Assembly: GCA_963555995.3 (NCBI GenBank)
Contig: OY821641.1
Span: forward strand, 320,001 to 384,000
DNA from: Vicinamibacteria bacterium
GTDB lineage: Bacteria > Acidobacteriota > Vicinamibacteria > Marinacidobacterales > Marinacidobacteraceae
Direction of reading: 5' to 3'
Length of the DNA: 64,000 nucleotides
Below the pieces are notes generated by a model. That model had not been told where the DNA came from. It saw only the letters and a program-made list of their open reading frames with translations, and made no database searches. This document shows, piece by piece, positions 27,646-36,935 of this stretch. Position 1 is the first letter of the stretch. Every line of letters begins with the position of its first letter. The position numbers were made by a program, and so were the translations under genes.

Positions 27646-28731
27646 CTACCGTCCTCCGCCGAAGGCGCGGTGCAGCAGCCCGAACCCCAGCGCGGCGGCC
27701 ATCAGCAGCGCGAGCGCCCACTTGGAGGCGATCGTCGGGTCCGGGAGCCGGCCGATGGTGCCGACGGCGGACCTTTCCTCTTCCGACGGGGCCACGAGGC
27801 CGGGGAGCTGGCGGCCTCCCGGGGTCGTCGCCGCCGGGGGCGGCGTGCCGCCGCTGAAGATCATTCCCACCGGCTCCCCGGCGGCAATGTCGAACTTGCG
27901 CGCCGCGGTGAGGCGGGCCTCCTGGTCGGCGCCCAGGATCTCCCAGCCCGGGGGCGCGCCGGGCGGCAGTTCGAGGGCGATGTCGAGCGGGGAGGCGAGG
28001 AGCAGCACTTCGGGGCTCGCGCGGGGCGCGACGAGCCGGGCCTCGTAGCGTTCCCCTTCGTAGGCGACCGCGTAGGAGAGGACGATCTCGGTCTCGCCGG
28101 GCTTGAAGGCGGTGCGGATGGCGTAGTCGCCCTCGTCGCCGACCGCGAAACTGCTCTGCGGCACCGGCATCCCGGTCTCCCCGGTGGAGCTGACGGTGGG
28201 GAGTTCGAGCAGCAGGTCCTCCGGCGGCAGCCGGAAGCGCAGGGTCTCGTCGTCGTGGATGAAGGTGCGGGGCGGCGCGGTGCGGTTGACCACCACGAAG
28301 ATGTGGTCCACCCGGAGCGCGTCCCGCTCGCCTGGCATCCGCCGGTAGAGCGCCCGCCAGGTCGAGAGGCCGATCTCGGGCTCGTTCCACTCCGCGAAGG
28401 GGTCGTAAACGACGATCGCGGCTTCGGTCGTCTCGCCGGGGGTGAGACGGACCGGGGCGTTGTAGTTGACGCCGCGGTAGGTGGCCTGGAGCAGGAAGGG
28501 GCGGATGCCGCCCGCGGCGGCGGGTTCGTCCGGAGCCTCGAGGGTCACCTGGGCCTCGGGGTTCTCGACCTGGTCCATCGGCTCCATCCCCTCGCCGAGG
28601 CGGTAGAGGGTGACGAGGTCCGCGGACGCCGGGCCCTGGGTGGTCCCGTTCACGATGGTGACGCGGACGGGCTGGGCGGCGGCCGCGAGGGGGAGAAGGA
28701 GGGCGGCGAGGAGGAGCAGGGTACGGTTCAC
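27646..28731 (-). CDS. Secreted, C-terminally anchored protein in the ccm operon
   Basis: Signal peptide, beta-rich body and a C-terminal TM helix; GTGA-coupled. Confidence 0.7.
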   Translation of the reverse strand: MNRTLLLLAALLLPLAAAAQPVRVTIVNGTTQGPASADLVTLYRLGEGMEPMDQVENPEAQVTLEAPDEPAAAGGIRPFLLQATYRGVNYNAPVRLTPGETTEAAIVVYDPFAEWNEPEIGLSTWRALYRRMPGERDALRVDHIFVVVNRTAPPRTFIHDDETLRFRLPPEDLLLELPTVSSTGETGMPVPQSSFAVGDEGDYAIRTAFKPGETEIVLSYAVAYEGERYEARLVAPRASPEVLLLASPLDIALELPPGAPPGWEILGADQEARLTAARKFDIAAGEPVGMIFSGGTPPPAATTPGGRQLPGLVAPSEEERSAVGTIGRLPDPTIASKWALALLMAAALGFGLLHRAFGGGR

Positions 28732-29093
28732 GTCTGCGTTCGTCCTCGTTCGGGCTGCTTCCTCTTGCTGGCGTCGGGCGTTTCGCCCCGCGGCGCGGGG
28801 CGATGCCGGTCTGGAGACCGGCGCTCCAACGCATCCAACCGGGCCGTCACTTGGGCGGCCTGGCCAAGCACCTCGGCGCGACTCGCCGCGTGCTCCTCGG
28901 GGGCGATCTTCCCGGCGTCCCTCTCGAAGTCGAGCTCGGCGAGGGTCAGCAGGAGCTGTTCGCGCTTTTCCTGAAGGCGGAGCACGGTACGGTCGGTCTC
29001 GCGGCGTGGCGCGACCTCCGGTCCGGAGAACACCGGCTGGAGCACGAACGCCGTGGCGGCGGCGGCCAGCACCGCGAGCAGGATCAGGGTCAC
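28728..29093 (-). CDS. CcmI-like small membrane protein
   Basis: N-terminal TM helix, LAELDFERDAGKI; tail encoded by a REP. Confidence 0.65.
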   Translation of the reverse strand: MTLILLAVLAAAATAFVLQPVFSGPEVAPRRETDRTVLRLQEKREQLLLTLAELDFERDAGKIAPEEHAASRAEVLGQAAQVTARLDALERRSPDRHRPAPRGETPDASKRKQPERGRTQT

Positions 29094-29111
29094 GCGGTGG
29101 GCGGTCGGGCG

Positions 29112-29597
29112 TCAGCGAATCTGCTCGACGTCGCGCTCGATGCGGGCGAGCACCTCGGGCGAGACCTCGTCGGCGGGGACGGCGGCGGCCGCTCCCGCCG
29201 GGACGGCGTTCCGCCAGCGGCGCAGCATGACGATCGCGAGCACCGCCCCGCCCAGCAGGAACACCCCCGGGAGGATCCATGCCGACAGGTGGAAGCCGCT
29301 GGTGGGCGGCGCCGAGAGGATCACCAGGCCGTAGCGCTCCGCGAACCGGGAGATGATGTCCTCGGCGGCTTCCCCGGCCTGGAGCCGCTCGGCGACCTCC
29401 TCCCGGATGGGCTCCGAGGAGGGGCACCGGTCCATCGCGCACTCGCCGACGATCGCGTTGCAGCCGCCGCACTGGCAGGTGAGGGCGTGGGTCACCCGCT
29501 GGTAGTCGGCCGAGTTGTAGCGCTCCTGGGAGACGACCGGGCCGGCGAGGAGCGCGGCGGCGGCGGCCGCGGCGAGCAGGGAGCGGGCGAAACGCAT
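29112..29597 (-). CDS. ccmH: Cytochrome c biogenesis protein CcmH/NrfF family
   Basis: LTCQCGGC, F.ERYG..ILSAPP.SGF. Confidence 0.85.
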   Translation of the reverse strand: MRFARSLLAAAAAAALLAGPVVSQERYNSADYQRVTHALTCQCGGCNAIVGECAMDRCPSSEPIREEVAERLQAGEAAEDIISRFAERYGLVILSAPPTSGFHLSAWILPGVFLLGGAVLAIVMLRRWRNAVPAGAAAAVPADEVSPEVLARIERDVEQIR

Positions 29598-31606
29598 CAG
29601 ACGGCCTCCATGGCGGCGCCGCTCGGGGCCGTGGTGGCGGCCGCCCGGCGGACCGGGGAGCGGTTCGGGAGCAGGGTGAGCACGGTGCCGAGGAACATCA
29701 CCAGCGCCCCGATCCAGACCCAGCGCACCAGCGGGTTGCGGTAGACGTGGACGGTGGCCCGCCCGTCGTCGGTCATGCCCGAGAAGACGAGGTAGATGTC
29801 TTCCTGGAAGGTGGCGTGGCGGCGCACCTCGGAGGTGGCCTGCCCGGTGGCCTTGTCGAGCTGGCGGCGGGGCTGGAAGATGCCGACGGGCTCGTCGTTC
29901 TTCGAGAGGAGGAGCTGCGCGCCGAGCCAGTTGTAGACCGGCGTCTCACCTCCCGGAAGGTCCTGGAGGGTCACCTTCCAGGGTCCGATGCCGGTGCTCT
30001 CGCCGCGGTTCAGGTCGGCGATCACGTCCTTGTTGAAGGCGTTGCCGGCGAACCCGATGAAGAGCAGCACGATCCCGAGGTGGACGACGTAGCCGCCGTA
30101 GCGGCGGTTGTTCCGCTGCACGAGGTCCACGAGCGCGGTCGCGTAGCTGCCGCCCCGGTGGGCGCGCCGGGCGCGCACGCCCCGGTGGAACTCGGAGCCG
30201 ATGGTCACCACCACGAAGGCGCTCATCGCGAAGCAGAGGATCGCGTAGGGGTGGCGCATCCCGAAGGCGAAGAGGAGCACGCCGGCGGCGAGTCCGGAGA
30301 GCAGGGGGACGGTGAAGTTCCGCTTGAGGCTGTCCACCGACGAACGCCGCCAGGCGAGGAGCGGCCCCACGCCGGTCATCAGCAGGAGCGCGAGGCCGAG
30401 CGGAACGTTCACCCGGTTGAAGAACGGCGCTCCGACGCTGATCTGCTCGCCCTGCACCGCTTCGGAAAGGACGGGGAAGAGCGTCCCCCAGAGCACCGCG
30501 AAGCAGGCGGCGAGCAGCAGCAGGTTGTTGAACAGGAAGCCCGACTCGCGCGAGACGACCGCTTCCAGCTCGTTTTCGGTGCGGAGGTCCTTGATCCGGG
30601 TGATCAGGAGCGCCGCCGAGAGGATGGCGGCAAAGATGATGAACACCAGGAAGCGCCAGGCGAACTCGGAGGAGGCGAAGGCGTGCACCGAGGAGACGAT
30701 GCCGCTCCGGGTGAGGAAGGTGCCGAAGACGCAGAGCAGGTAGGTCGCGATCACGAGCCCCGCGTTCCAGATCTTCAGCATCCCCTTCCGTTCCTGGATC
30801 ATCACGGAGTGGAGGAAGGCGGTGCCGGTGAGCCAGGGCATGAGCGCGGCGTTCTCGACCGGGTCCCAGCCCCAGTAGCCGCCCCAGCCCAGCTCCACGT
30901 AGGCCCAGCGGCCGCCGAGCAGGATGCCGCTGCCGAGGAAGAACCAGGCGACGAGCGTCCAGCGGCGGGTGTTGTGGATCCAGGCGGCGTCCAGCCGGCG
31001 GGTCCACAGCGCCGCCACGCAGAACGCGAACGGGATCACGAACCCCACGTAGCCGGTGTAGAGGATCGGCGGGTGGATCGCCATGATCGGGTGCTGGAGC
31101 AGCGGGTTCAGCCCGTTCCCGTCGCGGGGGGTGAACGGGATGGGCCCGGCGGCGGTGATCTCGGCGAGTTGCCCGAACGGGTTGCACACCCAGTAGTTCA
31201 TGTAGGCGAAGAACAGGATCACGCCGCCGAGGGTGGCGACCACGTGGGGCATGAGCTCGTCGCGCTTCCGGCCGATGGCGCAGGCCGCCGCGAAGACGAG
31301 CATCAGGAACGTCCAGAAGAGGAGCGATCCGTCGTTCCCGGCCCAGAGCGCCGAGACCTTGTAGTACCAGGGCAGGGCCGCCGCGGAGTAGCTCGCCACG
31401 TACTCGAAGCGGAAGTCGTCCGCGAGGAAGAGGGCAAGGAGCGCCGCCACCGAGAGCGCCGAGAAGCCTGCCGCGGCGATCAGCGCCCGGCGGGCGCTGT
31501 TCACGAGCTGCGAGGACTGCTTGCTGACCCCGAGGAGCGAGGCGATGACGGCGTAGGCGCACATGACCACCACGGCCATCAGCGAGAAGTTGCCGAGGTG
31601 GTGCAC
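29597..31606 (-). CDS. ccmF: Heme lyase CcmF
   Basis: GLNPLLQ, HPP, WAYVELGWGGYWGWDPVENA (WWD motif), SVHAF. Confidence 0.96.
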   Translation of the reverse strand: MHHLGNFSLMAVVVMCAYAVIASLLGVSKQSSQLVNSARRALIAAAGFSALSVAALLALFLADDFRFEYVASYSAAALPWYYKVSALWAGNDGSLLFWTFLMLVFAAACAIGRKRDELMPHVVATLGGVILFFAYMNYWVCNPFGQLAEITAAGPIPFTPRDGNGLNPLLQHPIMAIHPPILYTGYVGFVIPFAFCVAALWTRRLDAAWIHNTRRWTLVAWFFLGSGILLGGRWAYVELGWGGYWGWDPVENAALMPWLTGTAFLHSVMIQERKGMLKIWNAGLVIATYLLCVFGTFLTRSGIVSSVHAFASSEFAWRFLVFIIFAAILSAALLITRIKDLRTENELEAVVSRESGFLFNNLLLLAACFAVLWGTLFPVLSEAVQGEQISVGAPFFNRVNVPLGLALLLMTGVGPLLAWRRSSVDSLKRNFTVPLLSGLAAGVLLFAFGMRHPYAILCFAMSAFVVVTIGSEFHRGVRARRAHRGGSYATALVDLVQRNNRRYGGYVVHLGIVLLFIGFAGNAFNKDVIADLNRGESTGIGPWKVTLQDLPGGETPVYNWLGAQLLLSKNDEPVGIFQPRRQLDKATGQATSEVRRHATFQEDIYLVFSGMTDDGRATVHVYRNPLVRWVWIGALVMFLGTVLTLLPNRSPVRRAAATTAPSGAAMEAV

Positions 31607-31655
31607 TGCTGGTCCTCGACTCCGGTTCCGCGGTCAGCGGCTCACCGGACGGGCT

Positions 31656-32111
31656 CTAGTCGTCCGTCGCCTGCCGTCCCGCGGGCGGCTTCGCGGCGGG
31701 ATCGGTCTTCGTCTCTTCGTAGGCGGCGTCGTACTTGGAGGCGCACTTCGCCTGCACGTGGTTCGCCTCGAAGGAACCGTCCTGGAGGAGGTGTCCCTCG
31801 GCGACCGCCTGCGCCCGGTCCACGAGCGTGTCCGGCAGCGGCTCCCGGCCGGTGTAGAGCACCGCGAGGCGCGAGCCCTCGTGCTCAATCTCGAACCGGA
31901 CCTTGCCCTCGCCCTCGGAGGCGATCGTCCCGGGAACCACGTCCCCGGCGACCCGGACCCGCCGGCCCTCGGCGCGCGGCCCCATCGCCCGCAGTTCGCC
32001 GACGGTCTGGTAGTAGGCCTTGCCCTCCTCGACCCCCGTGATCAGGAGGCCGGCCAGCGCCACCAGGAACAGTCCCCCACCCACGAAGAACTTGGCCTTG
32101 CGCACCGCCAT
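31656..32111 (-). CDS. ccmE: Heme chaperone CcmE, CxxxY variant
   Basis: VRVAGDV, YTG..PLPD, AKCASKY. Confidence 0.9.
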   Translation of the reverse strand: MAVRKAKFFVGGGLFLVALAGLLITGVEEGKAYYQTVGELRAMGPRAEGRRVRVAGDVVPGTIASEGEGKVRFEIEHEGSRLAVLYTGREPLPDTLVDRAQAVAEGHLLQDGSFEANHVQAKCASKYDAAYEETKTDPAAKPPAGRQATDD

Positions 32112-32172
32112 AACGGGACAATCCTACCACCGGCAGGGGCAGGGCGGCCGGACGGGCCGGATCGCGGAGGGC

Positions 32173-32220
32173 CGGGAGCGCCGGTCTTCAGACCGGCACG
32201 CGGGCCGCAGGCCCGCAGGC
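32173..32220 (+). repeat. REP-like repeat
   Basis: GGGAGCGCCGGTCTTCAGACCGGCACGCGGGCCGCAGGCCCGC. Confidence 0.88.
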
Positions 32221-32287
32221 GGCTCAGCGCCCCTCCCCTATGATCGCGAGCGTCCACTCGCAACCCACTCGCCAACTGGAGGATGTC

Positions 32288-33499
32288 ATGAAGGTCACGC
32301 GCCGCGAGTTCATCGGCAACGTTTCCGCCGCCGCCGTCGTCGCCCAGCCGGGCACGGCGGGTCCGGCCGCGACCGCCGACGATCCCCTCGGCGTCCGCGG
32401 CGACTTCCCGGTGGTCGAGGAGGGCGTTTATCTCAACTGCGCCTACATCGCCCCGTCGCCGCTCCCGGTCGTCGAAGCCGTCCGGGAGTTCCTCGACGCG
32501 AAGATCCGCAGTCCCCGGAGCCTGGGAGCGATGGTGGACGAGTCCCACGCCGCGCGGCGGAAGTTCGCCCGGCTCATCGGCGCCGGTGAGCATGAGGTCG
32601 CGTTGCTCTACTCCACCAGCGAGGGCGAGAACATCGTGGCCGGGTCGCTCGACCTCCGCCCCGGCGACAACGTCGTGATTGACGATCTTCACTTCCAAAC
32701 CACCTACGTCCTCTACCAGCATCTGGCCGAGACCAGCGGGATCGAGGTCCGCGTGGTGCCGTCGAGCGGCGGCGCCGCGCCGGTGGACGCGTTCGCCGAG
32801 TTCATGGACGATCGCACCCGGCTCGTCTCCGTGGCGTGGGTCTCCAACCAGAACGGGTACCAGCAGGACCTCGCGGCCCTCGCCAGGCTGGCCCACGACC
32901 GGGGCGCCTACCTCTACGCCGACGCGGTCCAGGGGATCGGCATGCTCGACCTGGACGTGAAAGAGACCGGCATCGACTTGTTCACCACCGGGACCTACAA
33001 GTGGCTGCTGGCCGGGCACGGCGTGGCGCCGTTCTATGTCCGGGAAGAACTTCTGGATGTTGTGGCGCCGGACCGCTACGGCCATCTCCACGTGGCCGAG
33101 GACCTGGGCGAATACCAATACCGGCTCTACGAGGACGCCCGGAAGTACGAGTACGCAACCCTGGCCTTCGAAGCGGTCTACATGTTGAGCGCGGCGCTCG
33201 ACTATCTGCTCCGCATCGGGGTGAAGAACATCGAGCGGCACACGGTGGGTCTGGCGCACCGCCTTCACGAGGGGCTCACCGCCCAGGGTCAGGACGTCTG
33301 GACGCCGCCCGGCAACCGGTCCGCGATCGTCGCCTTCGAGCACCAACGGGACAACGCGATGGTCCGTCGCTCGCTCATGGAGGCGCGCATCAACGTGAGT
33401 CTCCGCGAGGGCGGGGCCCACGTCCGTGCGTCGCCGGCGCTCTTCAACAACGCCGCCGAGATAGACGCGCTACTGGATGTGACGGGGGGCTGGGCGTAG
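32288..33499 (+). CDS. Class V PLP-dependent aminotransferase with Tat signal
   Basis: TRREFI, YLNCA, DAVQ, TYKWL, VRASPALFN. Confidence 0.85.
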   Translation: MKVTRREFIGNVSAAAVVAQPGTAGPAATADDPLGVRGDFPVVEEGVYLNCAYIAPSPLPVVEAVREFLDAKIRSPRSLGAMVDESHAARRKFARLIGAGEHEVALLYSTSEGENIVAGSLDLRPGDNVVIDDLHFQTTYVLYQHLAETSGIEVRVVPSSGGAAPVDAFAEFMDDRTRLVSVAWVSNQNGYQQDLAALARLAHDRGAYLYADAVQGIGMLDLDVKETGIDLFTTGTYKWLLAGHGVAPFYVREELLDVVAPDRYGHLHVAEDLGEYQYRLYEDARKYEYATLAFEAVYMLSAALDYLLRIGVKNIERHTVGLAHRLHEGLTAQGQDVWTPPGNRSAIVAFEHQRDNAMVRRSLMEARINVSLREGGAHVRASPALFNNAAEIDALLDVTGGWA

Positions 33500-33512
33500 C
33501 GGGGCCGCGACC

Positions 33513-33589
33513 GGGACCGCCGGTCTTCAGACCGGCACGCGCAGCGCTCCGCGCCGCGCACGTCGCGACCCCACCCAGCCTTCACGGCC
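33513..33589 (+). repeat. REP-like repeat, long form
   Basis: 33530-33589 matches 34222-34281 at 58/60 nt. Confidence 0.9.
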
Positions 33590-33834
33590 AGACCGCCTCG
33601 GAGCACCGGCCTCCGGCCGCCGCTTCGCTTCGACTTTTCCACATTCGGGTCTCGGGTGGGAAAAATTCGGCCGAATTCTCGTCTATGTCCAGTAGGGAAG
33701 CGGCGCCCTTCGTTTCGCCGCCATCCGCTGGAGGAATCACCGTGGACCGACCAGAAAACAACCCGATAGCCGTGGCTACCCACGAGGTGGCGGCGCCGCC
33801 CTATACTCATCGAAGTGACGGGACGCAGGAAACG

Positions 33835-34182
33835 ATGAACGAGGCGCGGGCGGGAACGGTCGTGACGGATCGGCGACTCTCGCTCGAAAGAGCCCTCGTG
33901 CCAGCGCTCCTGGGCGGGATCTTCGTGATCGCCGGATGGTTCGCCGTCCACGTCTCTGCCCAGACACGCGAGTTGCGGGCGGAAATGGGAGACGTCCGAA
34001 GCGAACTGGGAGAGGTCAAGGGCCGCCTCGACGGGGTGGACCGACGCCTCGACGGGATGGACCGACGCCTCGATGGGATGGACCGACGGATCGAAAGCCT
34101 GCGGGGCGACCTGAACGAGCGGTTGGGGCGCATTGAGGCCCTGCTGATGGAACAGCGCCCTCCGCCGACCTCCGGTCCGTAG
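33835..34182 (+). CDS. Small TM plus coiled-coil protein with heptad repeats
   Basis: One TM helix, then RLDGVDR RLDGMDR RLDGMDR (21-nt tandem repeat at 34024-34089). Confidence 0.65.
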   Translation: MNEARAGTVVTDRRLSLERALVPALLGGIFVIAGWFAVHVSAQTRELRAEMGDVRSELGEVKGRLDGVDRRLDGMDRRLDGMDRRIESLRGDLNERLGRIEALLMEQRPPPTSGP

Positions 34183-34204
34183 GCCCGCCGAGTCACAGAA
34201 CGGC

Positions 34205-34281
34205 TTGGAACACGAGTCTCCGACCGGCACGCGCGGCGCTCCGCGCCGCGCACGTCGTGACCCCACCCAGCCTTCACGGCC
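34205..34281 (+). repeat. REP-like repeat, long form, degenerate 5' arm
   Basis: Direct repeat of 33530-33589. Confidence 0.85.
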
Positions 34282-34289
34282 CGGCCGAC

Positions 34290-34382
34290 TCGAACCGGCC
34301 GGACCTCTACCCGCTGCCGCCGGGCCTGTTGTCCGACGAAGAGGTGGCAGCCTTGATGGATGACGCCAAAGGAAACCGGTGA
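34290..34382 (+). pseudogene. C-terminal remnant of a Phd-type antitoxin
   Basis: SNRPDLYPLPPGLLSDEEVAALMDDAKGNR* aligns with the C-termini of 52884..53171 and 34414..34707. Confidence 0.7.
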
Positions 34383-34385
34383 GGA

Positions 34386-34407
34386 TGTAGCTACCTGGGG
34401 CTACAAT
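34386..34407 (+). promoter_or_regulatory. TA operator palindrome overlapping a -10 box
   Basis: TGTAGC-N8-GCTACA; TACAAT lies 6 nt before the ATG. Confidence 0.55.
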
Positions 34408-34413
34408 CGCCGT

Positions 34414-34707
34414 ATGAAAACCGTCGGTATCCGGGTGCTCAAGAACCGGTTGAGCGAGTACGTGCGCATCGTCCAGAACGGGGAACGGGTGACCGTGACG
34501 AGCCGCGGTGCACCGGTGGTGGACCTCGTTCCGCACGCACCGGACGGGCTTGACCCCGACGACGAACTCCTGCGGCGAGCCCGTGCCGGCAAGGTACGGC
34601 TCGGCCTGCCGAACGTGAAAGCGGTGTACACGCGCCCGCCCGCAAAACGCCGGTTGCCGGATGATGTCGTCGAGGCGCTGCTTGACGAAGTACGGGGCAA
34701 CCGGTGA
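34414..34707 (+). CDS. Phd/YefM family antitoxin
   Basis: MKTVGIRVLKNRLSEYVR.V..GE.V.VT.RG.PV. Confidence 0.9.
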   Translation: MKTVGIRVLKNRLSEYVRIVQNGERVTVTSRGAPVVDLVPHAPDGLDPDDELLRRARAGKVRLGLPNVKAVYTRPPAKRRLPDDVVEALLDEVRGNR

Positions 34708-35135
34708 CTCTCTATGCGGAAACGAGCGCGGTCCTCGCGTGGCTCTTCGGAGAAATCCGCGGTCCGGTCGCGCTCGCCGCTCTGAGGAAGAGCGACCGTG
34801 TTTTCGCTTCCGAGCTGACGTTCATCGAAAGCCATCGCGCGATCCACGCTGCCGTCGCGACCGGGAGGCTCGGTCGCGCTCACGGAGACGAGGCCCGGGA
34901 GCAGCTCGAGTCCGAGACGGTTTCCTGGATCGTCCATGACTTCGACGCCGAGATCACTCGCCGAGCGCGACGCGGTTTTCCGCGGGAACCGTTGCGCGCC
35001 CTCGATGCGCTGCACCTGGCCACCGCCATGGAAATCCGGGCGTTTCGCCCGGAGTTGAACCTGTTGTCCTTCGACCGCCGGGTGCGGGAGAACGCCGCCG
35101 CGATGGGGTTCGAGCTGGTGCCGGACGGGATCTGA
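34704..35135 (+). CDS. vapC: VapC/PIN toxin
   Basis: YAETSAVL, LRALDALHLATA, LLSFDRR; GTGA-coupled. Confidence 0.88.
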   Translation: MTLYAETSAVLAWLFGEIRGPVALAALRKSDRVFASELTFIESHRAIHAAVATGRLGRAHGDEAREQLESETVSWIVHDFDAEITRRARRGFPREPLRALDALHLATAMEIRAFRPELNLLSFDRRVRENAAAMGFELVPDGI

Positions 35136-35218
35136 TCGACTGGACCACAGAGTTCGGCATCGCGGGCGGCCTGCCGGGACTCGTGCCGATTCCGTGTTCC
35201 AGTGCGATTTGCGTGTCC

Positions 35219-35271
35219 GGACAAGATGGTGGACACTCCACCGGACAATCTGCGGGACAATACTCAGGACA
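35219..35271 (+). repeat. Five GGACA motifs at an exact 12-nt period
   Basis: GGACA at 35219, 35231, 35243, 35255 and 35267. Confidence 0.8.
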
Positions 35272-35306
35272 AACTACGGCCCAACGTTGGCCCGGAGGGC
35301 AGCGCC

Positions 35307-36521
35307 ATGACGACTTCGGGAGAGCGCGAGTACCAGAGGACCCACCCCTGGATCCGCTTCCAGCTCGACCTCCGGAAGGCCGATCCCGGACTCTGGGTCC
35401 TGCTCGGCCAGATCGTCGCCTTTGGCGAGTTCGTGTCCCGGGCGCTGCTGCCTCCGAAGGTGGCTGCGAACCTGGCGCGCCTCTACCTCGCCAAGGGCGT
35501 TCAGGCGACGGTCGCGATCGAGGGCAACACGCTCAGCGAGGAGGAGGTCCTCGCGCAGATTGATGACAGGCTCGAGCTTCCCGCTTCCAGGGAATACCTG
35601 GGCCGGGAAGTCGGGAATGTGGTGGATGCGGCCAACGACATCGTCACGCGCATCCACGGCGGGAACGCCCCGCGGCTCACCGCGGCGTTCGTGGCCGACT
35701 GCAACGGCCGCATCCTCACCGGGCTTGCCGAAGTGCTCGGGGACGAGGTGGAGCCCGGGCGCATCCGCAAGCACTCCGTCGGCGTAGGCCGCTACCGGGG
35801 GGCGCCCGCCGAGGACTGCGAGTACCTGCTGGACCAACTGGGCGAGTGGTTGGAGGCGATTCCTCAGCTCACGGTCCTCGCCACCGAATCGGACAACCGC
35901 GTCGCAACCGGGGTCCTGCGCGCCGTGCTGGCCCATCTCTACCTTGCCTGGATCCACCCTTTCGGGGATGGCAACGGGAGAACCGCCCGGCTCGTCGAGC
36001 TGTCCCTGCTGGCGCGCGTCCTGCCGTTCCCGTCGACGCAGCTTCTGAGTAACCACTACCACGACACCCGCGCTGCCTACTACCGCGAACTCGACCGCGC
36101 CGGCCAGGCGAACCAGCGGCGCGGCGATGCGATCGGCTTCCTGCGCTACGCCCTCCAGGGACTCTCCGACGGACTCCGGGAGCAGTGCCGGGAGGTGACC
36201 CGCATTCATCACCGGATCGCTTGGCGTGACTTCGTGTATCGCCGGTTCGACGAGGAAGAGACGTCCTCGGCGGTGCTTCGCCGCCGGCAGCTTCTCCTCG
36301 AGTTGCCGCCCCCCTCGACCCCGGTGTCCAGGGAGCGGATCCCGATCCACAGTCTGAAGCTCGCTCATTCCTATTCCGGCCTGAATCCCAAGACGCTGGA
36401 TCGGGATCTGAACTGGTTGATCGAGAAGGGGCTCGTGGTCCGCTCCCCGGACGGCTATGCCGCCAACCGCGGTCTCATGCAGGCGTTCGTGATGCCGGGT
36501 GCACCGGAGGGCGGTACGTAA
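35307..36521 (+). CDS. Fic family protein with C-terminal wHTH
   Basis: TVAIEGN, HPFGDGNGRTAR canonical Fic motif, KTLDRDLNWLIEKGLV; start could be 35202. Confidence 0.9.
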   Translation: MTTSGEREYQRTHPWIRFQLDLRKADPGLWVLLGQIVAFGEFVSRALLPPKVAANLARLYLAKGVQATVAIEGNTLSEEEVLAQIDDRLELPASREYLGREVGNVVDAANDIVTRIHGGNAPRLTAAFVADCNGRILTGLAEVLGDEVEPGRIRKHSVGVGRYRGAPAEDCEYLLDQLGEWLEAIPQLTVLATESDNRVATGVLRAVLAHLYLAWIHPFGDGNGRTARLVELSLLARVLPFPSTQLLSNHYHDTRAAYYRELDRAGQANQRRGDAIGFLRYALQGLSDGLREQCREVTRIHHRIAWRDFVYRRFDEEETSSAVLRRRQLLLELPPPSTPVSRERIPIHSLKLAHSYSGLNPKTLDRDLNWLIEKGLVVRSPDGYAANRGLMQAFVMPGAPEGGT

Positions 36522-36589
36522 CCGGCATTCCCCGGGACCTTCTTCCACCAGCCCGCTACCGGACCAGGAACGCCCCGCGCTCTCACAGG

Positions 36590-36786
36590 TTCCGCCGCCG
36601 CCGTATCTCGTCCTGACCAGGACCTCCGCAGGTAGGACGACAGCACCGGATCAACCAGCGTCCAGCGCCCGTCGTCGTTCCGGTCCAACATATGTTGGAA
36701 CAAGGATCATTGGTCCAACAGATATGGAAGCCACGTCTTCCTCGGGGCGGTGCGCCCGGGGCACGGGGGCGCCATGCCTGCCGGTT
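36590..36786 (-). pseudogene. Internally deleted copy of the 47922-49064 ATPase locus
   Basis: 36590-36684 is homologous to 47898-47989 ([19 protein letters not shown]); 36685-36786 is homologous to 49080-49180. Confidence 0.8.
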
Positions 36787-36935
36787 GCCCGTCCTCGATC
36801 CGCGGGAAGTCGCCGGGCAGCACGTCCTCGAGCCGGTTGGTCCGCTGCCAGACCGGGAACGCCCCGTGCGCCCTCAGGTCCCGCCGCCGCGACCGCGATC
36901 GCGCATGGGTGACAATTGCCCGCGGAACCGAGGCA

